This document shows positions 60,183-64,000 of a DNA stretch of 64,000 nt, one piece after another. The number at the start of each line of letters is the position of its first letter. The stretch's first letter is position 1. The position numbers and the translations under genes were made by a program. Origin of the DNA: Amphiscolops sp. MND2022 (taxonomy: Eukaryota); contig OZ076413.1 of assembly GCA_964187785.1 (NCBI GenBank), positions 66,898,001 through 66,962,000 on the forward strand, in the 5' to 3' direction. A model generated the notes under the pieces. That model was not told the DNA's origin. It searched no databases and was given only the letters and a program-made list of their open reading frames with translations.

Positions 60183-60841
60183 TCTTATAGCAGCCGTATT
60201 TCTGCTTAATGGCGGCGGCTCATATGTAGTAGCAACTTCAGAGTTTTATCCGGCAGACAGAATATGATAGAGATAGATTGTTCAAAGATGTTTATAGGAT
60301 TCATGGCTGCCAGCTGTTTACATGTACAGCGACTGAAACATACACGCGAAAGTAATTGACCAAATATACAAACAGACGAATAACCGTTTACGGAAATATA
60401 TATGCGAACGAATGAACACTCAAGTATCGGTAACTCAGCGAAGTTCACAGCTTTCATTTCCGAACACATCAAAACAACCAATATTGCAGTGGAGACTAAA
60501 CTGAACCACGGGAAACCAAGAAACCCATTAACAATAAATGTGCTAAATAATCGAGCGAACTATATAAACAATTTCAAAAATGCAACATGTGATCAGAGTT
60601 CAAAAATGCAGGTAGCGACTATATTTTCCAACCAGAACTGACAAAAACTCTAGTGGTGATTGCTACGTGCTATTTTTCATCTAAACCACCAAAAGGGTTA
60701 AAAACTAAGATACCGATTCGAAAATGGATTTCCAGTCTCAATTATCCGAAGATGTACATCGATAAACTTTGAGGTCCAACAGTCAATGAGATCGATTATA
60801 GACCTTTCGTCAATACACAACTCCATACACAATTGAAAGTA

Positions 60842-61008
60842 CATTGAACTCGGTTATTCGTATCCGGATAATTGGGTCTTCGTTTAATTCGTATGTATCT
60901 GAGGCCATTTCGTGGTGACCAAAGTAATACCACCGAATAATTCATATTTCTTCTAGTTCGTACTATTTTATTCGATCCCTAGCGATACGAATTAGGCGGA
61001 TTCAACTG
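60842..61008. mobile_element. Same MITE family as 59429-59600, opposite orientation
   Basis: TA|CATTGAACTCGGTTATTCGTATCCGGATAA ... TAGCGATACGAATTAGGCGGATTCAACTG. Confidence 0.7.
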
Positions 61009-61379
61009 CAATTCGAAACTTCTCTTGTTTACGAAAATCGCTCCATGTCTCGACCTTCCTCCTTGCCGGGCGCTCTTAGAGGTCAGTCTTCGTCAAAATC
61101 AGCTGCCGGACAAGTTGTGGCACGAAAATCCTACATTTGAGGGATGAGGTACGCGGGCAATAAGGATTGCATATTTGACAATTTTTTTCTTTCCTCTATC
61201 AGATATCATGGATCTTCGTCATCAATCAAGTGCCATGTGTATCATCATGTTGGGGGGAGAAGACACACACCCGTGGTCTGCAACGAAAGTAGGGAACCAC
61301 ATACCAGCCACTATACCAGTAACAATGAAAACAACCAACAAACTACTCAAACCAGCCACTATGCAGTCGACCGGTAGAA

Positions 61380-62000
61380 TTTTTTTAAAGCTGCTATTAT
61401 ATAAAGCTCAAAAAAATTAGGTTAAATGTAATAAATTTCTTCGAACGCATCTCTGTCGCTCACAGTTCCTAGAACACAGGTCGCATTGCCGATCTGAAGA
61501 GCCATTGAAATCCGTTGCTTCAAAAAGCTGCCAGCTCGTTGATCGTCGTGCGAACGACAGAGCATTTTACAGAGAGGCGTGATGAAAATTTCACTGCTCT
61601 CGCCTAAAAAACCCTGTACTTCCGAGGCCACCGGCTGAAAAATGTATCCATTGTCTATTAATTCGCGATACTTCTCAATTTTACGCGCTTCAGCCTCGGT
61701 GGCGGTGGTTCCAGGGTTGCATAAAGAGCCTTGATTCAGGCGTTGAAAAATTTCGAACATTTGTCATCCATTCTAGAAATCAAATCTTGGGCGGTTTTGA
61801 TGAAGACAGGTTGTGCCCAATTTTTCTGGGTTCCATCGAGAGGACTTTCCTGTTCATTCGTCAAACTCAACCATTTCTCAAGCCTTTTTGTAAATGAAAC
61901 ATCTTCGAATGTTTCCGAGAAAATCGTCGAGAAAAAGTCACTCGCACCAAAAGCTGAGGCCAAAAAGGCGGGAAGTGCTAATAATGACAAATCGGACAAA
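61380..62000 (-). pseudogene. CRE-clade (RLE-type) non-LTR retrotransposon 3' fragment with an internal deletion
   Basis: LLALPAFLASA..W..QKNW.QP followed by EAEARKIEKY..FQPVA.E..G..FLKQRISMALQIGNA; A-rich tail near 61381. Confidence 0.75.
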
Positions 62001-62379
62001 GCACACTGCACACGGTTACAGAAACTTGTGGCGTAAAAATTGATCACCGACGGTCAAAGGGGTGGCTGTAAATAGGTAGAATTTTTCTGGTCGAAAGGAC
62101 AGAGGTCGAACCTTTTGATCGAATTGCAGAGATCGAATGGAATGCGGTCGAATTTTATCGTATTTGTTGTATGGCTCGGTCGCTTCGCTCCCTTCGCCAA
62201 GTAGCAACATTGAGGCATGGCCATAATGGCACGTCGCTCCGCTTCGCTTCGCTCCTGCATTTAGGGCACTAGGGGTATGTGAACATATCTGACTACGTTA
62301 TAAAAATTACGATCCGAGTTGTTTCGATCCCATTCAAAAATCAGAGTATGTCGACCTGAGGACTAACTCTGATTTTCGA

Positions 62380-62660
62380 TCCCGTTACTTCGACCTATTT
62401 CCGCCCACCCCGGTCAAAGGACAATCTCCTAGTTTGCGCTTTATGCGTGAAAAAACAGACTGAGTTTTTGCCGTCAAGGGAATTTGAACCTAAGGCATCC
62501 TCCAATATTTCCTGCCGACTTTTTTGGTAGATTCCAGATATTTGCTCTTTTAGAGATTCGTAAGAACTAACGTCCAGTGGGAGATTGATTGCAATCTCCT
62601 CCGGTAATGCGCCCATTAGGTGGTTAAACAATTGGGAGCTGGTGGTATTGGCGAATTAGG
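62380..62660 (-). pseudogene. Gypsy-type gag fragment
   Basis: LMGALPEEIA..YESLKEQI..YQKSRQEIL..LDG then, frameshifted, RIKRKLG; resembles a Gypsy gag N-terminal pattern. Confidence 0.5.
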
Positions 62661-62959
62661 TCGTTTGAGAATACAAATTTCTAGAATTCTACAAACGAAT
62701 TAGGTCCAGTTTGTAGAATACCAGTTTGCAGGTGGTCCAGTTTGTAGAATTTTTTTCAAAAAAGATGGATCATTAAATTCTACAAAGTGGACATCCTTCA
62801 CACAAGATCCTGAGCCGTAATTCGGTCGAATTCCTATCGTCGGATTTGAAATTTCGTTCCAGCGTCGAAGTCCTATTGTCGAAAGACTTTTGTCGAAGTA
62901 ATTGCGTCGATGCAACAGTAAATCACCGAAAATACAATTGCATCGCAAACAAAGTTTTG

Positions 62960-63535
62960 GATGCCCCTGTTACCTCTAGTGCCCCGCGGCCCCTTGGGGC
63001 TGCTTATGTTTCCATCTTGCTAAGCGAGGTTGAACAGGAGAAAGGACCAAGCGGGAACGGAGATCGCGAAGCGATCGTAGTGGGAGCTGGACTTTGCGAC
63101 AAGGAGTGCGAGCGTGCATACACCGTATATGACCTCATTTTAGGTGGGGAAAGGCTCAATTGGTGTAATCAGTATTATCAGCCATCTTAAACAAACAGGA
63201 ATAATTCGGTTACCAGTCACTTGGCTTAATACCATTTGGCTTAATTTTTTCGTCGAGTCATTTGGCTTAAAAATTTTAAGCCAAGTGACTACAAAATTAA
63301 GCCATCTCCATTCCAACTCAAGGAATAAATATGTCAACTCCCGGAAATATCATAATGCGGGGCATATGCGGTGTATGCACGCTCGCCCTCACCGTCGCAA
63401 AGACCAGCTCCCACTACGATCGCTTCGCGATCTTCGTTCCCGCTAGGTCTTTGCTCCTGTTCGACCTCGCTTAGCAAGATGGGATTATAAGCGGCCCCAA
63501 GGGGCCGCAGGGCACTAGAGGAAATGGGGACATAT
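62960..63535. repeat. Inverted pair of a ~170-bp GC-rich repeat (62960-63135 minus, 63359-63535 plus); partial copies at 62265 and 63922
   Basis: Direct comparison of the reverse complement shows colinear high similarity, with hairpin GCGGCCCC-AA-GGGGCCGC followed by CTAG. Confidence 0.85.
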
Positions 63536-63750
63536 CCGAGGGGTACTTGATATGACATGTTATAATAATACGCTGACTACGTTATAAAGATAAATTTGTG
63601 TTTTCAACTAAGTGGTTTTAAGTCAAATGTCTTTAGGCCAAGTGACCAATACCCGAGACACTTAGCTTAAAAAAGTAAGCCATGTGACCAATTGTATTAA
63701 GCCAAATGACTTTAGGCCAAATGGCATTAAGCCAAGTGACCATTTACCAA
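63205..63750. mobile_element. Foldback-type MITE with CATTTGGCTTAA / TTAAGCCAAATG repeats, interrupted by the 170-bp repeat
   Basis: CCAGTCACTTGGCTTAA at the left end, TTAAGCCAAGTGACC at the right end; AATAATT on both flanks. Confidence 0.5.
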
Positions 63751-64000
63751 TAATTCGACTGAAATTTGACAATAATTAGACATTGGTTGTTCGACTAGAT
63801 TAGACGTTAGGAATTCGACGTGTCAAAATTCGACGCTACTAACGCAAGCTGATCCTGAGAGCTCTACCGCCTGCGATCCACCGCGTAAGATCTAAAGGAA
63901 TAAGATCTAAAACTGAAATATGGGGCATATCCCGTGTATGCACGCTCGGACTCACTTTCGCAAAGACGGAAGATGTAAACTGATCGAATAAAACTGATTG

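Noticed and set aside
1-64000. Species assignment
   Set aside because: The repeat families feel like those of a marine invertebrate (possibly an acoel), but this cannot be supported without a database search.

Overview
Repeat-dense, AT-rich eukaryotic (animal-like) genomic DNA. I found no prokaryotic operons, rRNA or CRISPR arrays. Most of the window is nested, mostly decayed transposons: CR1/L2-type LINEs (one near full length), a full-length BEL/Pao LTR retrotransposon with a 5-bp TSD, two hAT-type TIR elements that each enclose the same LINE family, a Merlin element inside a MULE transposase relic, I-group, CRE and Gypsy fragments, several MITEs, and repeated local tandem duplications. Threaded through this on the minus strand is a candidate six-exon host gene (ATG 60182 to stop 12054, 1398 nt, 465 aa) whose splice phases all match. 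It encodes an N-terminal cysteine string, a probable death domain and an ankyrin-like C-terminal tail, possibly a short ankyrin-type isoform. The Pao LTRs each carry a tRNA-like Pol III cassette. All family assignments are from motif recognition by eye; no database search or folding program was run.
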